Positions 29,091 through 43,769 of a stretch of DNA of 64,000 nt are shown piece by piece. Below the pieces are notes generated by a model that was not told the DNA's origin, ran no database searches, and saw nothing but the letters and a program-made list of their open reading frames with translations. The stretch lies in NCBI RefSeq assembly GCF_009914755.1, contig NC_060936.1. One strand, written 5' to 3'. The stretch is from the human T2T-CHM13v2.0 reference genome, Homo sapiens. Each line of letters starts with the position of its first letter. The first letter of the stretch is position 1. The position numbers were made by a program, and so were the translations under genes.

Positions 29091-31175
29091 AAGCACTTAG
29101 CAAAGCACGGTGCTACATTGTACTAGGACACTAAGTTATAGAAGAATAAATACTTCATAAACCCATTGAATAATTTCCAGGCAAAAATACCAACAATAGA
29201 AAGAACAAAATAAAAACAGAAACACTCTATAAGTAGTCACTTTATCAGAGACAGACTGCAGGGTCATAAAAGCAGAATTTAATTATTGATTTCTGGGAAT
29301 GTTTTTGCAAATTTATCTAACCTCTTGGAGGCTTATTTTCCCAATCTACAAAATGGCTTCATAAGCTTGTCATGAACCCCAAATCTAAGTTTTCAATACA
29401 TACAGCTATTTTATTATGATTTTATTATTTATTTGTGATTGTGGAATATTTTTTATATGGGGAAGTTCATCAGCTATTGTCTGCTTTTTAAGGTTTGGCC
29501 ACCAAAATGACTACATTATATGACTTCAAGATGTTTATGCATTTATTAATTATATGTGGGATCTTGCAACAAGCTTATTAAAATTGTATAAATAAAAAGC
29601 TTATCAATTTTTTGTCTTAGGTTGGTCCTATATTATCAACCAGATTATGCAGGTCAGTATTTTAATGACAATACTTCAAACTGTACTTACAGGAAAACAG
29701 AATTCCACTTCTGAAATACTGGTCTAACATACCAGAGCTACAGACTTAGAGGTAATCTAAGACCAGGTGACTTGTGCAACTTTTATTTATTAATTTATAT
29801 TCTTTTTCATTTTAAAAAGCCTAAATAATTTTGGAATATTTAGATCATTTTAGAGTACATAAAATGGCAAGAAGAATTACACTCTATAACCAAGTAGGAT
29901 TTATCCCAGGAATGCAAAGTTGATTTACCATATAAATATCAAATAACATACCATACCATATTAATAAAGGGAAAAATCATACAATATCTCTATAGATGCT
30001 GAAAAGCATCTGACAAAATCCAACACCCTGCTTTAAAACCATCAAAACATTAAACAAACTAGCAATAGAAGGAAACTTCCTCAACCTAGTAAAGACCATC
30101 TATGAAAAATCTACAACTATAATACTTAATGGCAAAACATTAACTGTTTTCTCCTTAAACTAAGGAACAAGAATGTTTGCTCATACCACTTTTATTCAAC
30201 ATTTTATTAGAGATTTCATACAGGTTCACTAAATAAGAAACAGAAAGAAAAGGCATCCAGGCTGGAAAGAAAGAAGTATGATTATCGCTATTTGTAGATA
30301 ACGTTATCATTTTTACTTAGAAAATCTTAAGGAAGTAATTAAAAAACTATAAGAGCTAAAGAACAAGTTCAGTAAGGTTGCAGGATAGTTGATCAATATA
30401 TAAAAATCAATTGTATTTCTACAAACTAGTAATGAACATTCTGAAAATGATATCAAGGAAACAATTCCATTTATAATAGCATGGAAAGAATAAAATACTT
30501 CGGAATAAATTTAACATTAGAAGTCTAAGGCTTGTGAATCACAAACTATAAACATCTTTGAAAAAAATTAAAGAATATCTAAAAAATGAAAAGACAACCC
30601 ACATTCATGGATGAGAAAACTTAATATTCTTAAAATGATAATACTTGCCAATTAATCTACAGATTGAACACAATTCTTATCAAAATCCCAGTTGGCTTTT
30701 TTACAGAAACTGTCAAGCTGATCCTAAAATTCATATGGACATACAAAAAGTCCAAAATAGCTACATCGATCCTGAAAAAAAAAAAAGAAAGAAAAAGGGG
30801 ATGTATCCTTCCCAACTTCAAAATTTATGACAAAGCTACAATAATTAAGACATTAGTGGTACTGGTATAAGGATGCACATATAGATCTAATGGCACAGAA
30901 TTGAGAGTACAGAAATAAACCGATACATTTGTAGCTAGTTGATTTTTGATAAGGTTGCCCAGACAAGTCAATGGAAGGAAGAATAGTTGTCATATAAGTA
31001 TTAATATATTTTTAAAAATCTGGTCTTTGTCCCTGGTTCCTGGCACAGAGTTTCAGAAATTCTTGAAATTCCCTGAGTGATAGATGTGCCTTTGTTATGC
31101 TAATGAGGTGGCACAGGGTTGTTGCCACAGATAGCCTACAGGATGGGGGAGGTTGTCAAAAGAATAAAAAATCCC

Positions 31176-31467
31176 GGCCGGGCGCGGTGGCTTACGCCTG
31201 TAATCCCAGCACTTTGGGAGGCCGAGGCGGACGGATCACGAGGTCAGGAGATCAAGACCATCCTGGCTAACACGGTGAAACCCCGTGTCTACTAAAAATA
31301 CAAAACATTTAGCCGGGCGTGGTGGCGGGCGGCTGTAGTCCCAGCTACTCCGGAGGCTGGGGCAGGAGAATGGCGTGAACCCGGGAGGCGGGGCTTGCAG
31401 TGAGCCGAGGTCACGCCACCGCACTACAGCCTGGGTGACAGAGCGCGACTCCGCCTCGGAAAAAAAA
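31176..31467 (+). mobile_element. AluY inserted in the LTR
   Basis: ggatcacgaggtcaggagatc, ggctaacacgg, gaatggcgtgaacc diagnostics; TSD AATAAAAAATCCC at 31163-31175 and 31468-31480. Confidence 0.95.
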
Positions 31468-31614
31468 AATAAAAAATCCCATGTAATTAGAGTGATGGCG
31501 TTTCCAGTCCCCTCCTACCTCTGGGGAAAGAAGAAGATCTGAAGATTGAGTTTAGTCACATGGCCAATTATATGCTTATGTAATAAATACCTTGAATAAA
31601 AACTATGGACATGA

Positions 31615-31909
<295 letters not shown>

Positions 31910-34135
31910 AATAAAACTACGAACATGAGGCTTGAATTGCTTCCAGGATAGTGAACATACTGATGTACCAGGAGGGTGTTGCAACCAACGCCATGAAGAC
32001 AGAAACTTGTGCTCCAGATTATTCCAGACATATCCTGTGTACCCCTTTATCCAGCTACTCATTTAAATCCTTTATAATAAAATGGCAATTGTTAAGTATA
32101 GCACTTTTTGTGAGATAGCTAAGTTGTTCTAGTGAACTATCAAACCTTAAAGGGGTTCTTAGGAACTCCCAATTTTGTAGCCAATTCTGCCAAGCAGAAA
32201 TAAGGGTAGCTTGGAGACCCCACTTGCAGTTGACCTTTGAAATAAGGACAGTCTAATTGAGGACCTTGTCCTTGAATCTGTAGGATCTGATGTTAACTGC
32301 AAATAGTTAGCGTCAGATTGAATTGAACTACAGGACACCCAGCTGACGTAAGAGAATTAGTGTTAGAACGTAATACAATCTTCAATAAATTATTCTGGGA
32401 TAACAAAATATTCACATGCAAAAGAATTAAACTGGACCCTTATCTCATATATAAATAAGAATTAACTCAAAATGGATGACATACACCTACATGTAGAAAC
32501 TAAACTATAAAAGTCTTAGAAGAAAATGTAGATATTCATGACCTTGGGTTTAGCAATGGGTTGTCAGACACAATACCAATAGATATGTCAAGCAACAAAA
32601 GAAATAAACAGATAAATTGGACATGAAAATTAAAAACATTTCTCCTTCTAAGGACACTATCGAGAGAGTGAAAAGACAACCTACAGAATGGGAGAAAATA
32701 TTTGCAAATGATACACTTGACCAGGGACTGACTTACATCCACAATGTATAAAGAACTCTTAGAACTCTATAATGAAAAGTCAAATAACTAATTTAAAAAT
32801 GAGCAAAAGATCTGATAGACATTTCACTAGAGAAGATGTACAAAGATGATGCTCAATATCATTATCCATTAGAGAAATGTAAACCAAAGCCACAATGACA
32901 TGCCACTATATATCCACTAGGATGGCTATAAAAACAAGACAGATAATTACAAGCACTGGTGAGGCTATAGAGACGTGGGAACGCTCATAGATTGCTGGTG
33001 GAAATATGAAATGCTGCAGCTGCTATGGAAAGTGGTTTGCAATTCCTAGAAGTTTACAAATAGAGTTACCAAAATGACCCAGCCATTCTACTCCTAAGTG
33101 TATACCCAAGAGAAATAAAAACCTATGTCCAAACAAAAATGTGTATACATATGTTCAAAGCAGCATTATTTATAATGGTCAAAAGTTACCAATAATCTAA
33201 ATGTTTTTTTAACTAGCTGACAAATGAATAAACAAAATTTGGTACATCCATTACAGTGAAATATTATTCAGCCTTAAAAAGGAATACAATACATATTACA
33301 GCACAGATGAATCTTAAAAACATTTTATCAAGTGAAAGAAGTCAGTGACAAAAGACCATATATTGTATAATTCTAAGTATAAGAAATGTCCAAAATAGGC
33401 TAATCTATAGAGACAGAGAGCAGATCAACGGCTACCTAGAGTTATGGGGGAACACTGGAGGAGTAATGGAGAGTGAAAATGAGTGCAAAGCTTCTTTTTG
33501 TCAGATGGAAATATTTTAAAATTGGGTAGTGGTGACACTGAATAATCCATGAACTCACTAAAAAACATTGACATGAACACTTGGAATGAATGAATTGTAT
33601 GGTACATAAATTATAACTCAACAAACAAGTCTTTTAAAAATTACATACTATGAAACAAAAACACATCAACTTAGTCTCATTATCTTTTTTTAAAAAAGTA
33701 TATACATCTACCTTGAAAAATCTAACAATGTTAAGATAATACAAAATAAATGCAGATTACTCCCTGATACATAACATTAATGGCATACCATGGCTAAAAA
33801 CTAATAATAAAATGTGTAATAGGAAGATGTTCTACTTTTAAATTAGTCTTCAGAGATTAGTCTTTCAACAGTACTCAAGTATTGTAATACAATCCAAGTG
33901 TCACTGTCTCTTTATCAAGGCTTAGACTGTAGAAATATTTTTTAACTCAAAGTATGGCAACTTTTAGAATACAGTTTGTTAATAGTTGGAAATCATAGAC
34001 ATTTTAGAATTTTGTAAAACCATAGAGATTTTTGAATTATCAATTTGAGAGTGACTGTTATAAAAGAAAATTTTAGCTGCAAAACCAAAATAGATAAATA
34101 AATGAGAAAACATCTGCTTTAAAAACATCAAATTT

Positions 34136-34439
34136 TGAAAGAGGGGGAATAAGAAGGGGATGATTAATAGGGTTCAAAAATACAGTTAGAAAGAATAAGA
34201 TCTAGTGTTTGGTAGCACAATAGGGTGACTACAGCTCACAATAATTTATTATATATTTCATGATAACTAAAGGAGTGGAATTGAAATGTTCCTAACACAA
34301 AGAAACGATAATTGCTTGAGTTGATGGATATCCCAATGACCCTGATGTGATTATTACACATTGTGTGCTCAAATAAACATATCACATGTGCCTTAAAAAC
34401 ATATACAACTATTTTGTCTCCACAATAATTCAAACTTCT
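34136..34439 (+). mobile_element. 5'-truncated L1MA 3' end with intact TSD
   Basis: aaaatacagttagaaagaataagatctagtgtttggtagcacaatagggtgac; TSD AAAAACATCAAATTT at 34121-34135 and 34440-34454. Confidence 0.85.
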
Positions 34440-35659
34440 AAAAACATCAAATTTCAGCGACATAAAATTGAAGTTCCCCACTTCTATCTATTTAATCTTT
34501 AATTTTAATAAGAATGCATTTAATGAAATACTCAAGAGGCTACATAACCTAAGAGACTCACATTTATCCAATTTCATGATCATAAGAGTTATATGATTAA
34601 ACAGCCTCAATTCCAGTTATACCACCTAAGTGTCTAACCTCTCTGTTTAGTTAAAACATATTTTACTATTCAAGTGTATTTTCTGCCACTGAAATTTAAA
34701 TAAGGCTCCAATCCCTCATGCACATTGCTTTGAGTTAAATTGGGGATTTGTTGAACAGAAACCATCCAACCATTCATCTGTTCATTTACTCAACAAAAAG
34801 TTCTCGAGCACTTATTATAAGATATTGCATATAAGATAAGGCAGAATGGAGAGATAAAAATAACATGTACTTTGGGATCACACAGATGTAAGCTTGAGTT
34901 CAGGCCTCAACTTATTATAGGTGGTAAAACCTTTCTGAGCCTTAGTTTCCTCATCTTTAAAGTGATGATTAATTGAACTAATGGCTTACATAACTCGGTA
35001 ATTAATGTTAATAGCTTTTTTTTCCTGCCTATTTGAAAGTTAAGTAGATTAATCAGACAAGAATTCTGTGTTAGGAGGTAACAGCAGATATTGTAATGTA
35101 TATAAATAAATAATGTGAAAAATTACAAGGTAGAAATTTCCAGTGATAAAATAAGTGAGATGATTTATACTAGATATAGAAGATAGTATCATCATTATCA
35201 TCAAGTAGATATAGCATTTATATAGTTAACCACTGAGATAAATAATTATCAAATAACATTAATTTTCTTCCAAAACATTAATGTTCCAAAGTATTAACTT
35301 TGGGAAATAATCAGAGGATTTGTACTTTATGTAACTAATGATGCACACACATTCACACGATATAAAAATGATTCAAAGTATAAATATGCAACGTTACAGT
35401 GCTAATTCAGAATTACAGGAATTTTTTACTTTCTTGTTTTGCTAAACTATATTTTCTAAATATTTCTCCAAGAAATTTTATAACTTTCCTAATAATAAAA
35501 GGGCTATTAAATAAAGTGACAAAACATACATAGGTTATATGTTATTATTTAAACGGGGCAAAAAAATGTTTTCCAAAGGTTCTAAGTTGGCACCTAGTCC
35601 CCTCATACCCAGTCTTCCACCACAGCACACAGATCTCTACTGGTGCACCCCATCCAATT

Positions 35660-35843
35660 GGAAGTATCTAATTGCATCCCTGCTAGAACTTTTTCTAGCA
35701 TTCTGCCTGCTCTTAAGAATAGAAAAGCAACATTTTGAACGGCAGTGCTCATCATATAAACATGAAGTTTCCTCCAAACAGTATTGAATAACCAAACTCA
35801 TAGAGTCAGAAAACTATCATTATCTTTGGATTTATATCACATT
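35660..35843 (+). repeat. Local duplication, copy 1 (184 bp)
   Basis: About 87% identical (about 24 mismatches by hand, equal length) to 38177-38360. Confidence 0.95.
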
Positions 35844-36549
35844 TTACTCCACTTCCTATGTAGTAGCTGAAAGTCTGAAGAAAACATGTATTGACTTATT
35901 GTGTTTCGTGTTAGACACCTTATCTACACTGGTTTTTGATTTCACAACTACCCCATGAAGTGCCCATGGTTAACTCCACTTAACAAATGAGGATACTGGG
36001 TTGGACTTAGTTGTCTATGGTCCCATGTGACAGAGCTGAGATTTTAACTCAGGATGGCCTGATGTCAAAATCCATTTTCTTCCCAATATATCACATAACC
36101 TCTTCAAACTATGCCTGTGTATCAATTCCCCATTTTGTTTTCAAGTGTTTGCTAATGCATTAAATAAAGTAATTGTTACTAATATGGAAATGAGCTAGTC
36201 AGGTTATAGTGAAAAAAATACAAGACATGAAGGCCTCCTCCACCCTATCCATCACTCCTCCTTCTTCCTTTCCTTTCTTTCCTATATAGCACTTGCCATC
36301 TCTAAAATTAATTTGTTTTATAACCATGTCTATTTTGTTCATTGGTTTACCTCCAGCACTTAAAACAGAGCCCGACTTCAAATAAGAGTTTAATAAATAC
36401 TTAGTAGATGAATAAATGTATTCATGAGAACATGTGTAAATTCTTCTTTTTACTAGTTAAGTGTCTCTTGACAAATCTACTGGCCTCTTTCAGCTTTTAA
36501 ATCTCCATTTCTTAATGCAATACTACCTAAGGTTGTTATAAGTTTAAAT

Positions 36550-37560
36550 TTATTCACTCAAAAACTGCCCACTGAGCACCTACTACCTGCCAGATACTAT
36601 TCTAAGCAATGTGATCACAGCAGGGAACAAAATGGACAAAAATCTCTCATGCAGCTTACAGTCTGGTGAGTAAAGAAAGACAAGAATACAACACAATGTA
36701 TTAAATAGCAACAAGTGCTTTGGAGACAAAAACAGTTTGTAGACAAGAATCTGAGAGCAGGATCTGCAATTTTAAGCAGGGTGACTAGAAAAGAAGATAT
36801 ATGAGTAAGGAGGTGAGGGATGTGTAAATTGGGGAAAGAACTTTTCATACAGAGTAAATAGCACGATGGCATACTGTATTTTCAGAGTGGCTGCAATGGA
36901 GTGAGTGAATGCAAGAGTAATAGGAAGTGAGGTCAGATAAGCCAGGGGAAGGCAAGGGTTGTGTAAGGCCTTGTAGGCCATAGTTAGGATACTGGCTTCT
37001 GTTCTTAGAAAAATTAAAAGCCAATGTGGAGGTTTGAGCATAAGTGGAAAATCAGGTGACTTAGGTTTTAATTGGTTCAATATTTCTCAGTGAGGTTGTT
37101 ATTGGCATTCTGAGTGGACAGCTCCTCTTTTCCCCCCCACCACCAAGCACATGGCAGGCCATTTAGTGTCTCTAAACTGGGCCCATGAAATGCCAGTAGA
37201 ACTGCCCTGGTCTTTTGACCACCAAAAATGTCCCTATTTATTTCCAGGGCTATGTTAAGAATAAGCTTAAAGTAGGTCAGGGTAGAGTCTATTTTAATAT
37301 TCCAGGCAATGGTTTATTTTGTCTTGGGCCAGAGTAGCAGTGGTGAATGTGGAATTTTTTTTTCTGCACGGAGGTTTTGCCAGTGGACTGGACAGGGGTA
37401 TGAGTGAAAGCTAGGAGTCAAGGATGACTCCTACATGCTTAAAACGAGCAAATAGAAGGATGGAATTACTATTCGCTGAAATTGTGAAGACTGAATGTGG
37501 GTGGAGCAGATTTAATGGAAAAAGCAGGCGTTCATCAAGGCACGTTACAAACTACCATGT
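36550..37560 (-). mobile_element. L2 fragment interrupted by a MER20-like element
   Basis: actgagcacctactacctgccagatact; gtgaggtcagata...gtaaggccttgtaggccatag; ggagtcaaggatgactcc. Confidence 0.75.
37078..37246 (-). mobile_element. MER20-family hAT element
   Basis: atgccagtaga...tgaccaccaaaaatgtccc resembles antisense MER20. Confidence 0.5.
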
Positions 37561-38176
37561 AAAAGCGATATATCTAGGTTTTATGCAAGAATTTCGCAAA
37601 ATGAGGGAATGGGAACTAGTTCTGAACTGAAGGATTTTGTCAGAGCATGTTTTGGGAGGGGATAGGATTAATAGAAATAAGTAAATGAATAAATGATTAC
37701 TGATAACTAGTTGTAATATATTAGCTCTTCCAAGCAATTAGATTATGCTAAGAAACATTTAAAAAATATATAGCCCAAAGGACTGAATCTAATTGTGGGA
37801 TTTCAAACAATACATGGTATGGTGGTAGGCAAGCTTTTAACATTGTTAAAATCACACTGTGCCCATATTGCTTGGAATAGACACCCTACAGTGAGACTAA
37901 GGCTGAACCTTGGGAAAACAGTGGGTGATACAACTGTCCGGCACCCCATACTGACTAAGCATCACCACTTTCAAAACTGCAGAGTCAACTGGTCAATACA
38001 TGTGACCTTTTCTCTATTCATGGGTAATTCGAGGATTTCAAATGAAAAGCCATGTCCAGATATTATTTAGATGTTTCTTCATGTGTAGAGTTGAGTCATC
38101 CTTCCAGACAGATGAAATTATTTGAATGAACACAATAAACTGATTGATACAAACACACAATTTAGAGTTGCTAGGA

Positions 38177-38360
38177 GGAAGTGGCTGATTGCATCACTGT
38201 TAGAACATTTTCCAGCATTCTATCTGCACTTAAGAATAGAAAAGCAGCATTCTGAACAGCAATGCTCATCACATAAACATGAAGTTTCCTCCAAAAGGTA
38301 TTGAATAACCAAAGTCAAAGAGTCAGAAAATATTCATTGTCTTTGGATTTACATCACATT
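38177..38360 (+). repeat. Local duplication, copy 2 (184 bp)
   Basis: Direct-orientation match to 35660-35843. Confidence 0.95.
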
Positions 38361-38445
38361 CATGAACACTGTATCTCAAGATTTCTTATTAATATTCCCC
38401 ATGATTAGATACAAGTGAGGTATTTACATTCCAAAAGAAGTCCCA

Positions 38446-38782
<337 letters not shown>

Positions 38783-38789
38783 ACATACA

Positions 38790-39300
38790 CACACGAATGA
38801 GTTTTGCTTCCGTTAGAAAATGTCATCACGTTTCAGACTGACTCGACCTATTGTTAGAGATGCTTTTTCTGTGACACTAGTGGAAGAGAACTGGACGCAA
38901 TTCTTCAGGCAGGTGGCATCTCCAATCACCAGTTAGCTAAAGAATTTAGAAGCGTTATGCAAAGGTGGTCGCATGAACTAAAGTGGAAAGGAAAGAGATC
39001 AAGAAGCAGCAGTGGTAGACAGATGCCCCACTGGCTTCGCATTGTTGTTTCGCTGGAAGGACATAGTGTGTCATAACGAATTACCATTAATTTGAGCCAG
39101 CAGTACTATTAGATTGAGCCCGGCAACCCAGGATGACAAACAGTGCCTGCAAGATCATCTAATGAGGGACAAGGCTGCTTCAGTTGTGCCGCTTCACTCA
39201 ATTAGTGGACGAGGCTTTTAATGCTGCTCTGCACAACTAAAGCAATTTTGATTACTTAGAGCTAAGTCTCCATTTAGAATGTTTCGGAAGCTGACACAGT
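38790..39300. promoter_or_regulatory. Candidate enhancer/promoter (unique, CpG-retaining)
   Basis: About 14 CpG in 500 bp; SOX (CATTGTT), homeodomain (TAATT/TAATG), E-box (CAGGTG, CAGATG) and TGACA motifs; no repeat recognised. Confidence 0.4.
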
Positions 39301-41432
39301 TTTTTTCTTTTTTTCTTTCTTTTTTTTTTCGCCTTTTTAAATATAAATTATCTAGAGAGTATTTGAATGGTAATAAGCTATTTGAAAGCCAATCACATTA
39401 TTCCTTATTTTTGCTTAATATTGAAATATATTTTTTAAAAGTTTAAATGATAGAATTTACTCTAGCAAATGAAATGTAAATAAGATAGCAAATGATTAAG
39501 AATATTCTGAGGATGTATGTGTGTGTGTGTGGGTGTGTGTGTGTATGCAGGCACTATGTGTGTCTCTCTGTGCCAGAATTACAGTTGGTGAATTTCACTT
39601 CATCAGCCAACATTATCAGGAGGGTTGCATATTTATTCTATATATCCACATTTTTAAAAAATTTCAGATCTTGCCTTCTTTGGCTGGGAGTATTTATATC
39701 TCATAGCTTTTGATACAGGGAACTGATGTTTCTACTTCATTATTTTTTTCACTATGTCACTGCATGAGCACTGATAAGTGCAATGGTATGACTTATTTAA
39801 TATTGTGATCATTGATTTATCTCATAACTAAAACCTTACCCACACAGAGGCTACATAGGCTGAATAAATTCCTTCCATTCTCTTTAGAAACACACAGGGT
39901 GCTCACTCTCTCTTTACACAGCATTCTCCCATCTTCTAGTTTTCTATTTAGTGTGTTGAATTCTCAGACTGCCGCCCCTGGGTGAAATTTTGCTTATTTA
40001 ATTATATGGCCATTGGATAAAAGAAATTACTTAAGTGCTAGACACACAGTAGGTATCCATACATTTTGGTTATATCGAACACAAATTCTACCCAGATCAA
40101 AAGTATAAACCTCATTGTGACACGAACATACCCTCCGCTTTCTTTCCTTCGCTCAGGTGGAAAGGAATGTCAGGACCAAAATTTGAGAACATGAATCTCT
40201 AGTTATACCTAACCCATCACCAAAATCAGCTTGCCTACCAGTAATTTTCTTTAAAAGCTCAGTGCTTAAAGGAGGTCCAATACAAGCCAGTTTTTCAATG
40301 ATACACATAGTCACATCTTTGTTTCACAAAAGCACTGTAACAACCCAAAAAATAAAGTCATTTAGGGAAGAAAATTGGAAAAAGCTTTGAAACTTTAAAA
40401 CTTTTGGGCATCAGGAAAAGCCATTAGTTGAGTAAATTAACAATTATCAGAGGTTTTTTTTTTTTTCCCCACTTAGAGTTACATTTCATTTTCTTAAAAT
40501 AATTTCAACAATGGCTAATTTCTTGTCTCCAAAATAGTTAACACCAAAAGCACATGCTACACACTCAGGAGAGTTGGTTACACATTAGTAGAAAACTGTA
40601 CTTCATTGTCATTGTTGATGTTGTAAATAAAAATTAAAGCAGAAAGACAATATGGTTCATTAGGAAGCAAGTAATATTTCCTATGATGGTGTTATATTTT
40701 TAATGATTGTAATGACTTACAAACTGGCAAATAATTTGCATAGATACTATATCCCCTCTTCCCAGAATATATAAGAAATCACATCACTGACTCAAATTAT
40801 AATTGTAAAAGTAGAAAAAATGATTAATAGTTCCATTTATTCTCGTCTCTCGCCAAAAGGGATGGTAGGAGAAAAGGAGAAGGAATTCCTGTTAGTTGTA
40901 GGAATCAAAGAAACGTAAAGTTTAAGTATTAAATATAGTGGGATAGTACCAGTAATATGTACAAGTCAGTAGGAATCAATCTCTTAAGTGCTTCCCCCTT
41001 CACTTCTCTTTGTTCTTTAGGAGAGTATTGGCCTGAAGTACCATTAACAATGATTACCATTGGGCTTTCCATCCAAGTTAATATCTAACATCTCAGATAT
41101 GTTCTCATCTTCGATCAAAATTTACTTTTAAAACATATATAATATTCTCATGGTTCAAAAAAAAACTATGTAAGATAACTCTGGACTCACTTCCATCCCC
41201 ATCCCTTTTATTCATTCACACCCACACAATATACATTATTATTTTCTTGATTAAGGCTTATACTTCCTGTATTATTGCAGGAACAAGCAAATGTATGTAT
41301 TTATTCTTATGTGCCCTTCTTTCTTATGCAAAAGACAGCATTCCATATATACTTTTGAAGTTTTCTTTAAAATTTCCACCTAAGAATCTTTCTTGGAAAT
41401 GTCTTCCATATTACTGCATAGAGATCTTCCTC

Positions 41433-41743
41433 ATTATTTTATTTATTTATTTATTTATTTTGAGATAGAATCTCACTCTATCCCCCAGGCTGGAGTGCAA
41501 CGGCACGATCTCGGCTTACTGCAACCTCTTTCTCCTGGGTTCAAGCAATTCTCCTGCCTCAACCTCTGGAGTAACTGGGATTACACGCACCCGCCACCAC
41601 GCCCAGCTAATTTTTGTATTTTTAGTAGAGTTGGGGTTTCATCACATTGGCCAGGCTGGTCTTCAACTCCTGACCTCAGGTGATCCACCCGCCTTGGCCT
41701 CTCAAAGGGCTAGGATTACAGGCGTGAGCCACCACGCCCGGCC
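41433..41743 (-). mobile_element. AluSx-like
   Basis: (TTTA)n tail, cctgacctcaggtgatccacccgcc. Confidence 0.9.
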
Positions 41744-43617
41744 TGTACAAATACTTCTGTAGCAAGAAACAACTCTAAACTTTCTTTAAATTTAGAACTT
41801 ATATTAGGGGTTTCAAAACAGTGATTGAATGAATGAATGAATGAATGAATGAATAAATCTACTGGATCCAACAGCAGTCTGACACAAGAGCTTGGGGATA
41901 GTTCTCAGCAAATATAAGCCTGATTTAGAGTTCTGAAGGCAGGCAGGTGTATTTAGCAAGAGCTTTTTCCTACTCTTCGGAAAATGAGACAGCCTGGAGA
42001 TGAGGTAAAGACCACCTTTCCTGCAGTTCCTACGTAATGGACGTAATGGACAGGGTGCATCCTGGTTTGTGGCTTGAGGCTGCTGTTTGTCCAAGTAACA
42101 CATTCATTCTGTTGTTGTAACCCTTACAGGAATGATGACTAATGCTTTGAGGAAACAGCAGACGTCAGACAGCAAGCCCAGAAAAACCTGCCAGCACCAA
42201 GAGGGTGTCCTCAACAGGAGCCTGGGGGACATATTATTCTAACTAAAGAGACCAGAGCTTCCCCAGGAAGGGAAGAGGAGAGAAATGAAGAACGTCTGTG
42301 TTCATGTTTGCCAAAAACAAAAGTCTGAGAAATCTCTGAGAGACTCTACATGGGAGGTGAAATTTACCTTTTCTAAGACCATTGTTGATTTTCCTTTTAC
42401 CCTTGAAGTGGACTGAAATATCACTAATGGTGAGAGGAAAGCTCAGAGGTTCTATTAAAGAATGTGAAATAGGTTAATGCTTCTGCACCAAGATTTGATT
42501 GACTGTTAATACCAGGTTTTAAAATTCACTTGTATCATTTATAATACAAATACCTGATTCACCTGCATTCTTTTGGTGGGGGGCGGTGAGGGAACCTGGG
42601 GTGTGAATGGCCTCCTAAGCAGCAAAATCATTGCTAATATCAGCATTTTGCTGTCTCATCATCTAATTATCACATACAGGGCACTAATCGAAGCACCTCA
42701 TTTAAAGTGAGAAAAGCTTTGCTAAGGGCAGATGATTCAGCACGGTATCCTTCGATGAGTACTGTCATCTCAAATCCTTTTTAAGAAGTAGGTATTGTGT
42801 AACTAATAAGTAAAATGAAAGCATAGAGTTTACTAATAAGTTACATGTTCCATTTTTTAAAGTCTCTGTAGTCACGATCATCCATTTTCCCCAAAACTGC
42901 CCTGTCACATAATAATATGCATACATACAAAACTTATTTCATGTTTAAAAGGCATCCCAGAGAGATGAGATGTGGATGGGTGTGAAGAGTGGATCTGGGG
43001 AACCGAATGGGTGCAGATGTCTCCACTGACAAAGAGAAAGGCATATGGCTTCCTTCCTCCCTGGTGTGCCCGGGTCTCAGAGAGAGCTCTAGATTTCCCT
43101 GTGATAAGCTTCTGCTTTCGAGCTCCACTGGGAAGATATTTTGTATGCCACAGAAAACCAAGATGTTTGCATTCCCACCAATCCAGGGATAAAGCATTTT
43201 CCTCATACAGACACAAAACATACAGTATATGAATGTTTAATGGAGGCTAAAACTGGGAGAGGAACAGAAAACAAGAACAGAGCAGGTTAAAAAAATATCT
43301 GGTTTCTCTCTATCAAAATACTAATTAAAATTCATGTTCATGGGGATGATTATACATATGTTTTTGAACTAAAAGTCTAACCTGGCACTATTTTTTGGCC
43401 TTATTTTTGTGACAACATTTTTGTCCATATGGCATGAAGTGAATCATTTTACATCTTTTTTTAAGCTCTATGTGTTTTTCTTGTTGTCTATTCCCTCTTC
43501 TCCCACCACACACACACTGGCAGCCGCTACCAAGTTACCAAATGCCAACTCAACCCTGCAAGCTGGCTGCATGGAGCTATATAGTACTGGCATCTTCCTT
43601 TCTTTGCAGAAATATTC

Positions 43618-43697
43618 TGTGTGTGTGTGCGTGTGTGTGCGTGTGTGTGTCTGTCTCTCTCACACATGCATGCATGCACACACCCCACATACATACC
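43618..43697. repeat. (TG)n/(CG)-(CA)n/(TGCA)n alternating purine-pyrimidine tract
   Basis: Direct reading. Confidence 0.9.
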
Positions 43698-43769
43698 ATT
43701 GAAGCACCCTGAATATTTCTCCTTCATTTCCATGCTAATCTTTCAACTCCTCGGGATTCTGCCCAGCTT

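Noticed and set aside
30645-30870. ORF resembling L1 ORF2
   Set aside because: Decayed, frameshifted L1 remnant; not a gene
35539-38304. Two similar short ORFs (LIASLLE...LRIEKQH...HEVSSK) resembling paralogous micropeptides
   Set aside because: The similarity comes from the 184-bp DNA duplication; many differences are non-synonymous, the N-termini are unrelated and the second ORF starts at TTG
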